Part shown: positions 36,898 through 51,324 of the stretch, piece by piece | Layout: each line of letters opens with the position of its first letter | Position numbering within the stretch: position 1 is the first letter of the stretch | Assembly (NCBI RefSeq): GCF_006345805.1 | Contig: NC_042998.1 | Location: 128,154,001 to 128,218,000 of the forward strand | Origin: Octopus sinensis | Lineage: Eukaryota | DNA length: 64,000 nucleotides | Direction: 5' to 3' | The notes under the pieces: generated by a model | Seen by the model: the letters and a program-made list of their open reading frames with translations, nothing else | Told to the model about the DNA's origin: nothing | Databases searched by the model: none | Made by a program: the position numbers and the translations under genes

Positions 36898-37405
36898 AAT
36901 ACATATCAATTGTCAACCAAACCTGGACAGTTATAGTTTTGTTACAAGAATTTAATCAGGAAATCTGTGAATACTGTATGTAAATCAATTAAAGCTACTA
37001 ACAGACTGGGAGACTAAATCCACTCCCACAGTTATATGTGTGGTAGCTTGTTATATTGACAAATGGCACCAAATTGTCGGGAATATAAGTATGAAATTTA
37101 GAGATTATCATACTTTCTGCCATGCATTACCGATGTAATTGAGGTGAACTGTCAATTAACCGAAACGAATACCGTCTTAAATTCTGCTAAAAGTTAGTTT
37201 GCTCCTGTCATAAGTCACTCTCTTTAGACTTTAAAGAGGTTGCGAATACAAAGATCTTTATAATACAAAAAGAATACACTGAGTTTAATTTCTCAGAGAC
37301 GTATCTGTAAAAAAAGCAATATTAAGTTAGTGTTGCTATAATTAGTGAGCACTAATACTTGATTTGAAATAATTATGAGATGAAGAAAAGGCAGAGTTAG
37401 TTCAA

Positions 37406-37823
37406 TTACTCTTTTACTCTTTTACTTGTTTCAGTCATGTGACTGTAGCCATGCTAGAGCACCGCCTTTAGTCGAGCAAATCGACCCCAAAACTTATTCT
37501 TTGTAAGCCTAGTACTTATTCTATCAGTTTCTTTTGCTGAACCGCTAAGTTACAGGGAAATAAACACACCAGCATCGGTTGTCAAGCGATGTTGGGGGGG
37601 GGGAGACAAACACAGACACACAAACTTACACACACACATACATATATATATACATATATACGACGGGCTTCTTTCAGTTTCCGTCTACCAAATCCACTCA
37701 CAAAGCTTTGGTCGACCCGAGGCTATAGTAGAATACACTTGCCCAAGGTTCCACGCAGTGGTAGTGAATCCGGAACCATGTGGTTCGTAAGCAAACTACT
37801 TACCACACAACCACTCCTGCACC
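37406..37823 (-). mobile_element. tRNA-derived SINE family A, full length
   Basis: Homologous to 21192-21650; (TAAAAGAG)-type tail. Confidence 0.88.
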
Positions 37824-39560
37824 TACTAATTAGTGATATTATTTTATATAATTTTAATAATTTCAGCAAAAAGGGAAGACATCACCTAATGTATTTCAGT
37901 CTAATCACACTTCTTCAGTAAGGCACAGACTTCACTGTACTAACCGAAAAAGTGAAGACAGAAACACTCTGTAGATGTACAATCAAATAATGTTGAGACA
38001 CTTGCGGTGTTATGCTTGAACAGTAATTCTTAAGAAATAGAGACTCTCCCCACTACCATAACCATCACCACAACCTGACCATTACTACACGGTGTTTTGG
38101 TAGTTTTGAATGGCTTAGACAAAACTGATAAAGTGAAACTATATAGACAGAACATGGTATAGTTTAGAACATATAATGGAACTAAACATAAAACTATCCA
38201 TTCAAAAATACTTAAATATAAATAATTCAACGTAACCAGATCTTGGAAACGAAAATCATACAAAATTTCAGTCCGGAGGTAAATCTGCTTAAATTTGTCT
38301 CACAATTTACACTGCATTAATCACTTCATAATGCAAGTAACCCTGTATTATGTACTGCATTTAAACATTATAAAAATGCATAAAATTCGATTAGCTATAA
38401 CAAAATTACATTTAGTAATAGGTGTGTAAAGATAACTAGACCATTAAGCCTATTTAATTGTCGAGTTACTTATTGATATACTCGTATAATTGACTGAGCG
38501 CTTTCCAGTATGGATATTGGGCACATTACTGCTTTCGCACATAAAATAGGAAGCAAATATAACGCATATGCATGCAAACATATTACATATACGTATACTT
38601 AACACGCTCATATACACACACATATATATATACATGATTGTATGTTTCTATACACATACAGACATAGCGAGCGGGAGGAAGAGAGAGAGAGAAAGAGAAA
38701 AGCAGATAGACAAATTTGATATATGTATTGGGAAGGTGATCGGTAAATCATGAAAGCCATTGAGAGGGTTAGTGCTGAACATTAGGAAAAAATAATGTCT
38801 GAATCCTAATCGATAATCTGGCTATTTTTACGACGGTTTATTTTTATTTACCTCCATTTAATCACCAAAATTGAATAAAAGAAATGTGTGTGGAAGTAAT
38901 GTTATAAAAATCGTCATCTTGTGGCGTGTCATTCAGGCGGACATCCAATAACAAATGGGAAAATAATATTTAAGAAATATTTCTAAGTTCTGCATTTAGC
39001 ATGTTTCCTTTTTTACATCATTTTTATCAAGGGTCGTCATTTAGTTTGCTGTTTACTTCACTTTTCTCTCGTTTTTTTTTCTTTGTCTGTAGATATTCGC
39101 TACTGTTTAACGATAATGATTTTTTAGGATATCTTAGGCCGGACAAAAACAAACTTAATGCTTCGTTTCGATTTGACGAAGTTACACATTGAGCATATAA
39201 CCTTAAAGGGGATAGAAAGAAGGAGATACATAGACTGACAGACAAACAGACAGACAAACAGGTAGGCAGACAAACAGACAGACAGACAGACATGCAGACA
39301 CGCAGGCTGGCAGACAGACAAAAACCAGAAGCAACAAGACACATACAGAAACAACGAAGTGAGCTTGACCAGCTAGAAATAACAGCAAAGTATTTATCAA
39401 ATCACACCTTACCATCTTAAAAAATGGGAAGGACACATCAAATGATATAGTCTCTATAAAATAAAAAGATATTCCCAATTGGAATACTTTTGACCAAGTG
39501 TCTTTTTGATCAGGACTAACCTGGAACTAAGCAATAACAACGGTTGAGAAGATGAGCGAG

Positions 39561-39765
39561 GTTGCGGCGAACTGGCAGAATCGTTAGCACGCCGGGCGAA
39601 ATGCGTGGCCGTATTTCGTCTGCCGTTACGTTCTGGGTTCAAATTCTGCCGAGGTCGACTTTGCCTTTCATCCTTTCAGGGACGATAAATTAAGTACCAG
39701 TAATTGACTTAATCCGTTTGTTTGTCCTCTCTGTGTTTAGCCCCTTGTGGGTAGTACAGAAATAT
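39561..39765 (+). mobile_element. SINE family B
   Basis: Head GCGGCGAACTGGCAGAATCGTTAGCACGCCGGGCG plus shared core. Confidence 0.88.
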
Positions 39766-42257
39766 ATGTTTTGCTGTAAAGTTATTTTGAGGAAGTTTTT
39801 AGCTACTATTTCTGACAGATTGAGCGACTCCTCGTGGCTTCTGAAGCTATTCTTGAAGAATACCCACAGGCTAGCCCTCATCGAATAGACCTATTGTGAA
39901 AAGGTTCCAGTTATGACAATCGCTTCTTTTTTTTTTCAGACAGTTTCTCCAGGATTACATTATAATCCTCGTGGGGTAGAAGCAGTGCTTATGATCTCAG
40001 TAAGCCATCTTAAACAAATGAGATTTAAGCTATTAATGTTCCTTTTTAACCTTAGCTAGTAAAACTTAATCCGTCACTCGATACCAGTAGCGGAGTTCGC
40101 ATTCTTACAAGAATCCGGAACAAGTCATCGTTCTGAAGACATCTCTCTCCCACCAAACGGACTTGGAGGACATTGCCTTCTCTCCTGACCACAAGATAGA
40201 AAAGAAAAGTCAAGTGACTGCTTAGAGTAGTTGTTCTAATTGGGTGATGGAACATTTTATATGGAAGTAAAAGGGGCAGTAGAAAAGCGATACATGCATA
40301 TTTACAGATGTTTTAGATTTTGACTCCCATTTCACTATTAACTTCAGCGAAAATTTCAAACTGCCTGTTAGCTATATTCAAAATAACAACGACAATAACA
40401 ATGAGAGCGTCAACAATAACAATAACCTTCAAAAAATAAATGAATAAAGTCGAATAGACTGTACTTATGCTTATAACATTCGTTTATAGTGGTAGCTAAT
40501 ACTAAATTGAGTAGTCACCAGTGTGAAACTAGTACTGGGAGCTAAATCACTCTTGCCTAATATAACGTGTATGTACATTGAAATGGAAGAGAAATTTGTA
40601 TCGTAGAGGGATGTGGAGCGTTAAAATATTAGTAAAAGAAAAGGGACAATAGTTAAAATGTTTGAGGAACGAGGCTTGAACTATATAATTGCTCATAGTA
40701 GGACAACTCAGTTACCTGTTACACTAAGAAGATACTTATTCCTAATTTCCTCCTACTTTTAATTACGTTAGCCCAGCGCCTTAAAATATATATTCAGTCA
40801 CTTAGCGTTAGAAGGGTACATCACATATAGGCAGCATTGTAAATTCTATAAACTAAATGTTCAACTTCACTAACTAACTCCTTACGATTATTAACATTCC
40901 GTTCTCTGCTTTTTCTAACATGATAATTGTCCTGGTTTTCTGATTGATTATTGTCGAAATATTCATATTTCAGTATGAATAAGCTCGACCTCGTCTTGAG
41001 TCAATGTTTACGATGAATAAACAATCCCTTACAAATTATTAATGATTTATCTACCATTTTCACTGTTAAATTATATCAGGTATTATAACCACTGGCAGAA
41101 CACGAAACACCTACCTACAATTTACCGTGCCACTTCACTTTCCATTGCACAACAGTAGACAAAAGCTATTTGGAGCAATTGGTAATGCCTTTTAAAGCGA
41201 CTTATACGTGGTTCGACTCACATGATAGAATCACTTTTATTTACGTTCCAATGAGCGACATTTTCAATGTGGAACTATATTTTTAATGGAAGATAAACTG
41301 CTCTACAAACCTGTCCAATGTATAGCCTGCATTATCAAGTTTTGACCCAGGAGTTTCAAGACAATTTGAATAAAAGCCAACCTATTATTTCAATTTTAAA
41401 TGAAACATTGATCTTCTGTTGGGGTAGCCAACAATAACTGCATTGATATCCAGGGAGTTTGTCACTCCCTCATATTGAAATCGCTGACGTTAATCTTTTT
41501 GTTCTGTAATCTCTATATTTAAGTGATTATGTAATCATTCCATTCCTATCCACCTTCTATGTGATCGCATATCCACGTGACAACAATGTTATTGTTTTTT
41601 CCGCAGAATTCGTATGAATTTGATACGATAAAGAGACAGACAGTCTTACGATGAAGCCTAAAATATAAACATTTGACGATAAATATTTGAATCGTCTGCG
41701 CACACTTTTCCTAACACACTTTGTTATGTAATGTGTTGCAGGTGGTAATAATAAGGGTGGCGGCGAGATTGATTGATTGAGAGGTTGCTGAAATAGTGGT
41801 GGTGGCAGTAGTGGTGTTACGATGACACAGTAGTAGTGGTGATGGTAGTGGTGCTACTGCTGCTTCTGCTACTGATGTTGATGTTATAAACAGTTTCATG
41901 AAAGAGGAAATTGATGTAATATCCTGACGAGACATCTTTCGTACATTATAGTGTTTCGAATGCGTGTATATTTATATGTATGTCTGTGTATAACTATACT
42001 CGTGTTTGTAAGTTTGTTTGTAAAGCGATACCCTTCAAGTGCAGCGATGTATAAAGTCGTGTAGTTGTAATAGACAATAGAACAATTGTTTACAGCATTG
42101 CGACGCGGTGGTATACTACAGCATCATAATGTAGAATATTATGCAGTACAGTGTAAGGTATTGCCAGCATTTGAAAACATTATTCCCTTAGCTCCAAATA
42201 GTTTCCCAGCCCTCTAAATTGATTCATTGAACTATACCTCTTCCTTAATTAATTTAA

Positions 42258-42350
<93 letters not shown>

Positions 42351-42354
42351 TACA

Positions 42355-42904
42355 TGCCCTGATGCAGTACCAAGCAGTGGTTCTCATGGTTTCTTATCTT
42401 AACTGATTAGAAGTGTTATCATGTACATTGTTTTGTCTTGGTATAAAAGATGGGCTACAGCAATATATTCTGCTCAATACCACAGAATTGCTTGTCCGTT
42501 ATTTGACCATAACCAGTTGACCATGTCCCTTAGTGGCTAAGAATATGTGCACCTCTGATCACAAGCAGAAGTAGTGGGGGAGCATCATAGCCGTGTGTTG
42601 AAAGGAATTCTTAGAGGTTTGGATAATTCACCTTTGGAAACATGGGTGTTTCGTTCAACATGCTTAAACAACCCTTATTCAGGGACCTTTTGAGCGGGAT
42701 GGACTACTCGACCAGAAGGAAATTCTAACTGGACCCCATCTTCACGTTCATCCGCTGTTTATCTTGATATGAGATCACCATGTCGTGCATATATGGTTGT
42801 AATGCATGTGCCTAGTGTACCCTTATCAGACGGGTAGTCATGATGGGCATACTGGGCTTCGTATATTTTACCCCAGTTTGATAGCATGCACTGCTCTCTC
42901 ACTC
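42355..42904 (+). mobile_element. Repeat family K, copy 3, between (AAT)n 42260-42348 and (AAT/AAC)n 42905-43110
   Basis: End-to-end homology with 13890-14469. Confidence 0.9.
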
Positions 42905-42954
<50 letters not shown>

Positions 42955-42987
42955 CAACAACACAACAACAACAACAACAACAACAAC

Positions 42988-43040
<53 letters not shown>

Positions 43041-43042
43041 TG

Positions 43043-43110
<68 letters not shown>

Positions 43111-44785
43111 CCTTTCTATTATAGGCACAAGTCGACTTTGCCTTTCATCTATTCGGAGTCGATGAAATAAGTGCCAGTTGAGTACTGGGGTGGGGTCGAT
43201 GAAATCGACTATCCCTCCCCTAAATTTCAGGCCTTGTATCTATTGTAGAAAGGATTATTATTATTAGTGGTGGAGGTAGTGGGGGGTGGCGGCGGCGGCG
43301 TCGGTGGTGGCGGTAGCAGCAGCATTAGTATTTTTTTTTACTTTTTACAGCTTAGTCAGAGAAAGAAGACTCAGTTTCTATGCCTCTTTTCAACGCCTTA
43401 AAGACTAGAGTGACGATTGGAGAAAGTTAAACTCTAACCGGAGACTCGGCACGAGCACATTCAACAGAGTGGATTCCTACAGAGACAGGGTTCACGTTTT
43501 AAACTGGACGATAGATTAAGTCTACCACCCAAAAATCAGAGTGGTCCTTACAACGGGAACCTTTCTTCTTCCACACGACAACTGTCTACCAAATTTCCTT
43601 TGCATATCAAGTAAATCAAATTTCGACAAATGTGAAGCTATGGCAAGAAATACTTTCTCTAAATGTCACACAGTATAATGGAACTTGAAATCGCACAGTT
43701 GTGAAGCAAAATTTTTAAGCACACAACCTTACCTGCGCTCAACGTGTTTGTGTCAGTGACCCTCTTTTTAATACAAAAATATTCTTTTTTTTAATAATGA
43801 TCGACTCGCTGTCTCTAACTGCGCTTATTATATTACTTTTATCATCTGACATCTGAAGAAGATAAAATGCGTGATTGAATTGAGTGTTATATTAGCGACT
43901 ATTCAATCTAAATTCAAAAACTTTGCAGTCATTTCGTTCTTACATGTTTCATCCTAAATTTCATTTGTGGAAAATACAAAGATGGCGTAAAACTTGCAAT
44001 CTCTTACTAGAAAACGTATTATTATCTTTCGTTTACAAAAATTGCAAAAAATAATCTACAAAATGGATCTTTGTGCAAGACTTTGATATCATGAAGCTAC
44101 TGAAAAATAGAAAATATAAGTATCTGAAGCAATTCTTTATCCCATCCAGCATTAATGAGTATCATTATTGTACTAAACTTTCTACAGACGAAATCTTACA
44201 TAAAATTAAGCTTAAAAATTGACTTTTCCTGCTAACGATTGTCGTACAGTTGATATGAAAACCGAATCAAAACTTGCTGATAGTTATTTTACTTTGTTCT
44301 TAGGATTACTAAGCAATATTATAAACTCGTAAATGCTTGAATAATCTTGGCACTTTAGAATTATAGGAGGCTGGCAATACGAATCGTTGACTGAATTGTT
44401 TTTTTATGCATAAGAAACGTATTCAATGTAAACGAACTTCAATTGGGAAGCGAAATGAACTACAAACTTGAAGCATATAAACAGGAAGGACTCAGTCTAG
44501 TGTGTGTGTGTGTGTGGAGACAGTAGCTTTCTTGTGTTTTAATTTTAGTAAATTAATTAAAATCGAGCAAATGTTTTCCTTGAGTACGTGCATTGTTCAG
44601 TTTCATATATCGAAGACTTTCTAAATTTAGCATTTCAGTTTATTTTCTTAAATTGATTTCTCTCAAGAGCTTTTAAGTTTTTGTTTCTTTTTTAACTTTT
44701 ATGAAGTAAGTCAGTTGTAAGCACATTTCCCCGGTAAATAAATACTGCATTGACTAATTCCATGCTAGGTTTTGGAACTTTAAAA

Positions 44786-44814
44786 ATGATGATGATGATA
44801 ATAATAATAATAAC

Positions 44815-44887
<73 letters not shown>

Positions 44888-44913
44888 TAGTAATAATAAT
44901 AATAATAATAATA

Positions 44914-44944
<31 letters not shown>

Positions 44945-45067
44945 TAGTAATAGTAATAGTAATAGTAATAGTAATAGTAACAGTAATAATAATAATAATA
45001 ATAATAATAATATAATAATAATAATAATAATAACAATAAAAATAACAATAATAATAATAACAATAAC

Positions 45068-45122
<55 letters not shown>

Positions 45123-45161
45123 GTAATAGTAAGAATAATAATAATAACAATAATAATAATA

Positions 45162-45240
<79 letters not shown>
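44786..45240. repeat. ~450-bp imperfect (AAT)n microsatellite
   Basis: Directly visible; source of the poly-L, poly-Y and poly-I ORFs. Confidence 0.95.
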
Positions 45241-45698
45241 GGGCTACAGCAAATATTCTGCTCAATACCACAGATTTGCTTGTCAGTTGTTTGACCTTAA
45301 CCAGTTGAGTATGTCCCTTAGTGGCTGACGATATGTGCATCTCTGATCACGAGCAGAAGTAGTGGGGGAGCATCATAGCCATGTGTTGAGAAGGATTCTT
45401 TGGGGTTTGAATAATTCACCTCTGGAAACATGGGTGTTTCGTTCAACGTCCTTAAACAACCCTTATTCAGGGACCTTTTGAGCGGGATGGGTTACTCGAT
45501 CTGAAGAAAATTCTAACTGGGCTCCACCTGCGAGGTCATGTGCTGTTTATATTGATATGAGATCACCATGTCGTCCACATATGGTTGTGATGCATGTGCC
45601 TGGTGTACCGTTATCAGACGGGTAGTCATGATGGGTATACTGGGCTTCGTATATTTTACCCCAGTGTCACTTTGATGGCATGCTCTGCTCGCTCACTC
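45241..45698 (+). mobile_element. Repeat family K, copy 4 (5'-truncated), AAT-flanked
   Basis: Begins at GGGCTACAGC, internal to the consensus, and has the same 3' end CTCACTC-(AAT)n. Confidence 0.9.
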
Positions 45699-46835
45699 AA
45701 TAATAATAATAATAAAGTCAGAACGCTTGAAACGAAGATTTCTTGTTTATATGTGATTTTACAAGTTGAAACTACAACTGTAATATAAGAATTATAGATT
45801 GACAAAATAATTAGAGCGTCTGGGAAAGTCCATTTAGTATTTAGTTACCTCCCTTTGCGTTGTGAGTGAACAATCTCAGAGATCAGATTTCCTTTTAATT
45901 TTTGAGTCAATAGAATAATATGCAGGCCAAGTACTGAAATCAGTTTAATTGATTATAGAGCTTTCCACAAAAATAATGTTATTTGACATTATACACACCA
46001 AGCTGAGACAGAAAAATAGTGACAAGCCTCCTGACGTCAAGAGACCTTTTGCTCTATTTTAGGTCTCAGATGGGGGCTTACATTGTCAAATATCCTTTGT
46101 ATCAAAATGTTAGTCGGTAATTCATAATTTGTTCAAATTGTGTTGTTGAATGTTTCAGATAATTAATAAAAAAAAAATAAAATAAAATGCTAAAAATGTT
46201 ACGACGTTTACAATATTTCAAATACCTGTTACTTAGTTGCAATTGATACGCTAGCTGTTAGTTTCAATTTAGAACTGTTTAAGAAAAATAATCTTTTAAA
46301 TCAAACAAATTCTTGTAGTGTGATATTCCGAAGCAAGTAAACAATGAAAGCAAAACACAACCGCTCAAAAAAAATGTAAGAAATAAAGGAAAAGTTTTTG
46401 TAGAAGTGCCATTTATTGTGTTCTTTAGTTTCGTATAAAATGATGGCAACACGTTTCGTGACAGTTAGTAAGAATCGACTGAATGGAGTTATAAATTGCT
46501 TGTTTTCTGTAAAACTCTTCTTTTCCATCTGACATTTACCACTATTGTTAATAACGGATAGACTTCCTTTTTCGTGTTCAAATCACATAACAGTTCTCTG
46601 CATGTCTTCGTAACATTTAGTTTACAATAATAATGTTTACAGACTGTACGAAATTTAGACGAAAATGTTTTGGTTTTGCAAATGTTTTGTATTTGTCTAA
46701 AAGTTGATAGGATTAGTAATTTTGAATTAAATGATATTTCATTGTTTGTTTTACCAAATATCTTACATAAGACAAGACAAAATATTTCCATTTCAATTAC
46801 ATCTTCGTCTCTTTTTCTCAATTTTTATGGCATCT

Positions 46836-46905
46836 CTTCTTCTTCTTCTTCTTCTTCTTCTTCTTCTTCTTCTTCTTCTTCTTCTTCTTCTTCTTCTTCT
46901 TCTTC
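46836..46905. repeat. (TCT)n microsatellite
   Basis: Directly visible. Confidence 0.95.
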
Positions 46906-47945
46906 TGCTTCGTTATCACTATCACGATCTTTTTTCTTCTCTTCTATTTCATCTTTTACTTCTTGTTTTTTTTTAATCTTTTTGTAGACTCAAGTAGCTT
47001 CCCACGCGGTCAGCAAGTTAATCATTGCTAATAGACAAGGAAACCATTATCCTCACTCATTTTCATTAAGTCACCAAATATTAGACATTCGTATTACTAC
47101 TTCACAATATAAATGCGTGAGTGTGTGTGCGCACGCGTGAGTGTGTATATATTTATGTGTGTGTGTCTGTGTGTGGGTGACAAACACACGCACATACAAA
47201 TACACGCATAGCACACAAACATGTATTCGTAGGTAAGTAAATAAATAGGTAGGTAAGTAATGCTGTGAATAATTTAGTTTACAGCTAAAATTGAGAAATA
47301 CGATTTACCGAGTAAAAAAATCTCAATAGAAAAACTCTAGAGAAAGAATGTACAAAATATCTCAACATTAACATCGATTAAACTTTCGAAATAATTCCCA
47401 ATTCGCATGTCAAATGTATGCACACAATGACATTCAAAATCACCCGACATCGTTATATTTCTTTGGGCGCCATAATTCTATGGCTGAATTCATTATGAAA
47501 CATCTTCAGAGGAAAGCTTAGAGAGAATTAAGCACAGATTCTTATTATTAAACATCCACCGATCTCTAGCAGCCAAAAATTTATGAGCGCAGAAAAAATT
47601 TACGTAACCTCTTACTCAATGACGCCAAAATTAAAGAAACTTTTAACTTATAAAAATTTTAAATTATAATTACTGAACAATAACTTCTTAAGTAACTGTT
47701 ACAATTGAAATTAGAAAAGATATTTTACTGTGTAAATTGCAGAGCAAAAATAGTGATAGAAAACTCCTGAAGAATGCCCAAAGGGAAATATTCCATACGT
47801 AATATCGAATAATCTCTTGGAATATGCTTCAGCTTTCATAACAGGTGTATCTTCATGATAATGTTCCTAACACTCCTAGCATAGTTGTTTCAGTATGCAT
47901 CATGAGCCTAGAGCTGAATATATGATGTACGTGTGTGTGTGTGTG

Positions 47946-47990
<45 letters not shown>

Positions 47991-48559
47991 GTGTGTGTGC
48001 GTGTGTGTGTGTGTGTGTGTGAGATCATATGGTGCTACATTGGGTGAGAAGCCGCATCGTTTGCAGTCCTGAACTCTTTATGACAATTACCACCGGGAAA
48101 ACCGTTGCGTAATCACGACTACCTATTATGCTGCATTCGTTTATTATTACACATCACATCTCCTCAATCCTATGCCAATCGAATGCTCAGAACTTCGCCA
48201 CTTTTAAACTAATTATTCCTAGCAAGACACGTGGTTCACTTCTGACCAATTCTAGACAGCTATGCAGACTATAAAGCATACTCTGAAATATTTCCCTCAC
48301 GTGCTTTACACAAAGCTTATTATAACCAAAATCACTTAAATGGTTCACACTTAGTTGAGCTATTGCAATATTCTGCAAACAATATCTAGGAAAAAATTAC
48401 TCATATCTACTAACTGGATGTTCTTTTATTTCCCGCACTTCAACTCATTCAGAATACCATTATAAAATAAAAGTCGATTCCATATTTTCTCACCTCTCAA
48501 ATAGCAACCGAAACTATTTGTCCTTTATTCACCACTCATCAACTAGGGTAATGTCGATG

Positions 48560-50291
48560 CTGTTCATTTTGAATGAAGTCAATTTCAGAGAAGTGAATTT
48601 TTAGCGAAGTCATTTTGAGCGAAGTTATTTGGAGCGAACAGTACTTTCAGTGAAGGTTAATTTTAAGTGAAATATATATTATCGTACATATTGCGATTGA
48701 CATCAGCGACTGATGGGTATTAACTTAAATGACGGTTGAGTACCCCATTGGAATACAAAAAAGATAGAAATTGCACTGAGAAAGAAGAACACACGCATGC
48801 TCCCGAATCTGTTAAAGTCGACGGGGAAAAGTTAAAGAAAATGTTTGCAAAGCTGCTGTAACTTCGCATGATCCACCGAGATGCCTACTCCAAGACGTCA
48901 TTGATGGTCTACCAAACCAACAGCAAAGATTGTATCAGGAGTAAATTTAAAACATACCGTATCTAGGAGGCAAAGTGTTATGGGGGGACTACCCTCCACC
49001 CCTCAATCAGCTGCATCCATCGTTATTCCGGAATCCCTGCGGTCTACTTTCACGGGCGATAATTTTATTCTCTATGATAGTGGTATAAGTGATGAGAAAA
49101 GGATAATAATTTTTGACACAAATGTAAATCTTACCTGACTAAGAGACAATCGTCAATGGTTAGCTAACAGAACTTTCAAAACAGCTCCAAGTATTTTCCT
49201 ACAAATTTTGACAGTGCATGCATTGATAAAGGAACGTGTAATACCTTGTATATATGCTTTACTTACGAATAAATGTGAGAAAAGTCACACAGCAATATTC
49301 ACTAAACTGAAAGAACTTGAGCCTTTGCTAGAACCTACTTCCGTCTTAATAGACTTCGAGATTGTTTCAAGGAATGCAATAACACATTCATTCCTGCGCT
49401 GAAGCATATCAGGATGCTTCTTCTGTTTGGGACAGAGTGTATGGAGAAACATTACCAACGAGGGTATAAGAGAAAGATATGTTAACGAAGAAAATGTTCG
49501 AATGTTAATCAAAATGACGACCTGCACAGCCAAACAATATCATAACAGGGTTTCAAGTCGTACATGAGTTGGAAAATCATAATGAAGATCTTGTCAATAT
49601 TTTCGATTATTTCGAAAATAATTATATTGGCCAGCCATTGGCAAACAACTGTAAAGAAAGCCTAAATTTCCAATATCATTGTGGAACGTTTATAACAGGC
49701 TTTAGATGGATCTCCCGCGAGCAAATAATTCCGTAGAAGGGTAGCACACTGATTTCCAAGACCGTCTATCTTGTAGACACCCGGCAGTTTGGCTCTTAAT
49801 TGAGGCTTTTAGAAGAGAAGAGAGCCTACGAAAGGTGAAATATTTTGGAATTTGTTCAGGAGAACCTGCACACAAGAGGAAATACAAGAACTTAGAGAGA
49901 AGACTTAAAAGTATTATTGAATCAAGAGATTTAGAAATTACAGATTATCTTAGACACCTTGCCTACAACATTACTTTTTGAATTTCTATTCTTTCTAGAA
50001 TTAATTTGTTCGATTTTAAACGTTGTGAATTGTTAGTTCTTTCTACAATAGAATTTGTCAATTTCTAATATTTTTTATTTACTCGTTGTGAAGGTGTAAT
50101 TATTTATGTAAAAGAAATTGTAGAATTCTACTATATTTTTATTTTTATCAACTTTGCTCAAAGCGTCTTTAAAAAACAGTTTGTGGTTCGCTCAAACTGA
50201 CATCTCTTAATAGGCATTGCTCAAAATACACATCATCTTAATTTCGCTCAAAATGTCTTCGCTCAAACTGACTTCGCACAAACAACTGGTC
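48560..50291 (+). mobile_element. Decayed Mutator-like (MULE) element with subterminal tandem-repeat TIRs
   Basis: LYDSG..RIIIF..W...TFKTAP..FLQILTVH..IPCIYALL..K; DFE; YFENNYIG; RANNSVEG; HP.VWLLI. The ~15-bp unit GAAGTCATTTTGAGC is repeated on the left and inverted on the right. Confidence 0.85.
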
Positions 50292-51024
50292 ATATGCAAT
50301 GCTTCCTTAGGAAAAGCTTCAACATTTTCAACTAGATTTGCATCTAATTTCGCAGTGGGAGCACGCTAAAGAATTTCATCGAAACTTTTCTTTACCCCTT
50401 CACCGCCTGAACATATACGCCAAGTGGCGAAAACTCTACCGGTTACTTCTAGCCGACAAAGTCACAATCGAGACAATATGGCTTTAGTTACTCTCAAGCA
50501 GTTCGCTCTAGAACTTGCCTCCCTCACTGCCAAATTCATCAAACTTTCAGTAAATCAGTACTATCCTCGGGAATTGATGAAGCGCTGCGTTGGCAAAAAT
50601 AATACAAGAGCAATACAAATAGTTTAAATTGTGGAACACGTTTAATCTCATGAGGAGAAAGAGTAGTCTAGAATTTTCTTTGCTTGTTTTTCGTTGACGA
50701 GAAAAATAATGCACAGACGTTATCATAAGTTCACAAAATTGCGAATTTAAAAATAAAAGGGGGGAAATCTATATTAATGAGTGCATGTGAAGACAGAGAA
50801 GTGGAAACTAGTGTAAAATAGTGGCAGTAGTGTGGAAGATGTACGATGTAAATGGAAATAGATTTCTACCCTTCGATTTAGTTTACATTTTGCAAAATTA
50901 ATCTAGGCCACAAATATTTCCTACTCCTTTTTTTAATATGCTTAAGTATCTAGTCTGCTGAATTCAAAAAGGGACAACTGCTATGCTGATGGCGCTTACT
51001 GTAGCAGAAACACATGTTCACAGC

Positions 51025-51324
51025 CAGTGGCGGACTGGATCTAAAATTATTGGTTGCCATGAGACCTGCAACTACAAGGGGGCATACTTGCTACTACAAT
51101 GCTATTATTTATTTTTTTTTTTTGAAGTATTATTTTTAACTGTCAACCTACACAGCCAAGCTGTAATAATTAATGCATTCTTCCAGGAGTGAATAGAAAA
51201 TTAATTCTCAAACATGAGCGGATGGGCCCCTTAGATACTAACATGGGCCCCCGTGTATGGATTCTAATGGCGCAGGGACCCACTTGCCATCGGGCAAGCT
51301 GGCAACCTGGCCAATCCGTCACTG
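51025..51324. mobile_element. hAT-type MITE (300 bp)
   Basis: TIRs CAGTGGCGGACTGG / CCAATCCGTCACTG (12/14 match); 8-bp TSD TTCACAGC / TTCACAGT. Confidence 0.8.

Noticed and set aside
46489-46821. Cys-containing ORF resembling a piggyBac C-terminal domain
   Set aside because: Cys spacing matches only partly, and no DDD core, TIR or TTAA boundary was found.
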